Position numbers and translations under genes: made by a program
Assembly: GCA_048128005.1 (NCBI GenBank)
Contig: JBEUKZ010000025.1
Span: 186,001-250,000, forward strand
Direction of reading: 5' to 3'
DNA from: Veleropilina oligotropha
Lineage: Eukaryota
DNA: 64,000 nucleotides
The notes under the pieces: model-generated
Database searches by the model: none
What the model saw: the letters and a program-made list of their open reading frames with translations, nothing else
Told to the model about the DNA's origin: nothing
In this document: one piece after another, positions 61,125 through 64,000 of the stretch
Position numbering within the stretch: position 1 is the first letter of the stretch
Layout of the letters: every line of letters begins with the position of its first letter

Positions 61125-62010
61125 CATTGTCTTTCCCGGAGCATCTTTCATAAACTGCATCTCTACGACAACTTGGTGGATGTATTAAGTATTTCCTGAC
61201 CTGCTGCCATCTGCTCACTTCAACGTAAGTTGTACGTCTTTCTGTTTACAAATATCATCGGGTATATGTCGTCTTCTGATGACTCTTGTGCTAATTTCGA
61301 CGTCGTGTGGCGATTATTAACAGAGTTATCATCCTTGCTTTAAATTCATTAATATATGTTATCAAGATTATATCTCATACAATGCTTGGCTTATCTTTAC
61401 AATACTGAGTGTGTGTATTCAGTCGTTGGTTAACTGGTGCCTTTTCCTAATTTTGACGCTGTGCAGTGATTATGATGACAATGTTATTGCCCTTGTTATT
61501 TATCTTTTCCTGAGCATATCTCTTAAATCGCTTGACCTATCTTTTTTTATCTTAGTAGATGTTTTCAGTAGTTGGTAATAACACGTGGTGCCTTCCCGCC
61601 AATTTTGACATTGTCCTGTGACTGTTGACGGAGTTATTGTATCTCCAGACAATAGTCTGGGATAGTATGGTTTTGTCATCGTTCAGCCACCACGTCGGCC
61701 GCAGAGAATTTTTGAATGCGCTCTACCGTGAAAAATTCCGATTTTTGTCATATTCCAATTCAAGATGTCGGCCTTGGCAGCCATTTTCTTTGACAGCATT
61801 TCTTGTCCCCCTTGTTATAGTTTACACTAACGATATTACACTTAATTATCCCATTGTAGTTTCAAGAATATACAGCATATAGTAATTGTGAATGTACCAT
61901 TGTGGGGCATATTGATTGCTCTGTATTCTGTTGCTTCGACTTAAAACAGGGATCTACTGTTAAAATTAAAATTGCACCGGGGGGATATGTCGTCTCCTGA
62001 TGACTCTTGT
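61125..62010 (+). mobile_element. HINE-like element, 3' part (related to 25860-26420)
   Basis: Similar internal repeats; terminus CCGGGGGGATATGTCGTCTCCTGATGACTCTTGT. Confidence 0.55.
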
Positions 62011-62437
62011 ATACATATTTAAGGAGCTCCGGCTTGTATTCGTCTTAAATTTTCACACTCCGCGTATTATCTGCTACTAAAGGCAAATGCAGCTTGCTAT
62101 AAGATACACGTGATGGGTAGGCCTACATAGTTGTATTGGCTTTACAAACGTATATACACCGGACCGCCCCGTGAGCCTGGACTGACCGAGGTTCACCTGT
62201 TGCTAGTCCCCATGGATTTAACATTAACGACGCGTCCAAAGTCGGAGATGAAAAACCGGATTTCCAAAGTTGAGTAAAAGCCGGAGCTGTGGGGGAAGTA
62301 CCGAAATAGCGCCACGTTTGAAAATCATTTATTTTAACAGGCATTTAACACGTGATTTTCTCTGTCAGTTAAGGTCTCACTCCGATCTGACCGACATGCA
62401 TGAAGGATATGCCTTCTATTAGTTTATCAAGCGTTAG

Positions 62438-62527
62438 AATAAGCCACGCCGGAGCGGGGTATGAACCCACATCCTACTGTTCCACTTAACGTTTTCCGAC
62501 GCTCTACCAGTTGAGCTATCGAGGACA
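62438..62527 (-). mobile_element. tRNA-derived SINE head
   Basis: Reverse-complement homologue of 43056-43145. Confidence 0.7.
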
Positions 62528-64000
62528 ATGGATAACAATGGAGATGTCCAATATGTTGAAAATAGATAACAATGGCGCTGTCCAATATGTTTGACAATGG
62601 ATAACAATGACGCAATTAAGAGGCTAGCGAAATTTTGTTCCATACCGATGAATGGTATCTTTTAAAATCCAGATAAACGAATGGTCTTAAAAATGGTACT
62701 ATACGCATCGATCCCTACCAGATTATGATAATTATTTCTTTTGAGACCGAGAATCAAACAAGGACATGGGTAACCAGTCCTGAGATCGAAACATAGATGC
62801 TGAGTAGTGAATTGGCTGGGTTCAGTCTCGAGTTCATCTCCTTGATGCGTGAATTACATGATCGTCTCTGCATGAATTGCGCTAATCATCACCACATATC
62901 GTTGCTTTACAGCGGCATCGGTGGGTAAGTGGTTCGAGATCAGCCGGTAGCTTATTCTACCACTTAACATAATAGAACGCATATGCCCTATAATATATTA
63001 TATCGTGGTGATAACTTGAACAGGGTGTCCCGACTGCGATAAGGTAAGAAAATTGCAATAAACTGTCGTAAAACAAGGTTACCAACAAATTACCAATCCA
63101 ATAATTGCTTTGCAGTGTTTTCGTTAAGAAGGACGCTTCGACAGTCGTGTGGTTTCGGTTGTGGACTCCGAAAAATCTCTGGCGTGATTCCGCTGATGCG
63201 AACAGTCGTGATCGATTGACACGGGCGTTGATATAATATTACACTAATTTTATTGTGGTATGGCTTGTACATTCATGCATAGGTGGTGAACAATTAAAGA
63301 TGCGCACATCAAAAAGCCCCAACTATGTTGCACGTACAAGCCTCAATATATAAACCGTTTAAACTCGCCATCCGTTATATACACAAGAAAGATTTATGAC
63401 CTACAAGACATGCTGCTTCTGTGAACGCAGGTCAACTGGTCTCGAGAGACCGCAGTTCACGTAGGCCACTCAGTGGTCAAGTAGATAAGAGCACCTGACT
63501 GACTGCCCTGTTTGCCAGAAGTGGGCTCGAATCATCGGTACTTTCTGTAGTTATCAGTCGCAGCCCATAACTGGTTATGCCGGTACATAGTCACAGCAAC
63601 GAACGACGTACGTTGGACAAAATGTTAACAAGCAAATCTCAGCTGAAATATGTTTAATGACGGTATATTATACCACAAAATATTCCCCACCCGGATCAGC
63701 CTATGGGAAAACCTCGTTTTAGGCTCAATCTAAGATTGGATGACGTTAGTTACGTAAATACCCTTATACCTCACTTGTTTGATGTTAATTTAGATATTTG
63801 AGGTACAATACACTTTTTATCCGTCTCCATGGAGATTCGGCTCATTCCGTAACAGTGATCGGATGGAACTAACTCGAATAACGTCGTCTGCTTCGTTAGA
63901 TGTAACTATATGCAAATGGCTGCACTCGTAAAATGTGATAAAAAAAAATTGGAAGTTATTTAAAAGATTGTGAAATTATCAATCAAATTAAAAGAAAGAT

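Overview
Eukaryotic, AT-rich, repeat-dense DNA (animal; repeat types suggest a marine invertebrate such as a mollusc, inference only), made almost entirely of mobile elements. (1) 1 to ~12.5 kb is the GC-rich right-hand part of an endogenous Polinton/Maverick-like (adintovirus-like) virus. It carries a PolB-tail/SF1-helicase/HNH fusion, rve integrase, A32-type packaging ATPase, major and minor capsid proteins, about seven membrane proteins, a secreted Cys-rich protein, and a terminal region with two kappaB-consensus sites. (2) 13.4-25.8 kb is a ~3.4-4.2 kb direct duplication of decayed LINEs, SINEs and MITEs, with a LINE RT inserted at the breakpoint. (3) 26897-48545 is a 21.6-kb IS3EU-like DNA transposon with ~555-bp near-identical TIRs and a 7-bp TSD. 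It holds a broken DDE transposase and a convergent 7-exon gene joining a TDP-43-N-terminal-like domain to a HECT E3 ligase domain. (4) 51.9-61.1 kb is a Helentron polyprotein (spliced leader, Ulp1-like protease, 42-aa repeats, Rep, Pif1 helicase, APE endonuclease) with three lesions. Many non-autonomous Helentron-type elements with satellite-like arrays are scattered through the window. All family assignments are by motif recognition; no searches were run.
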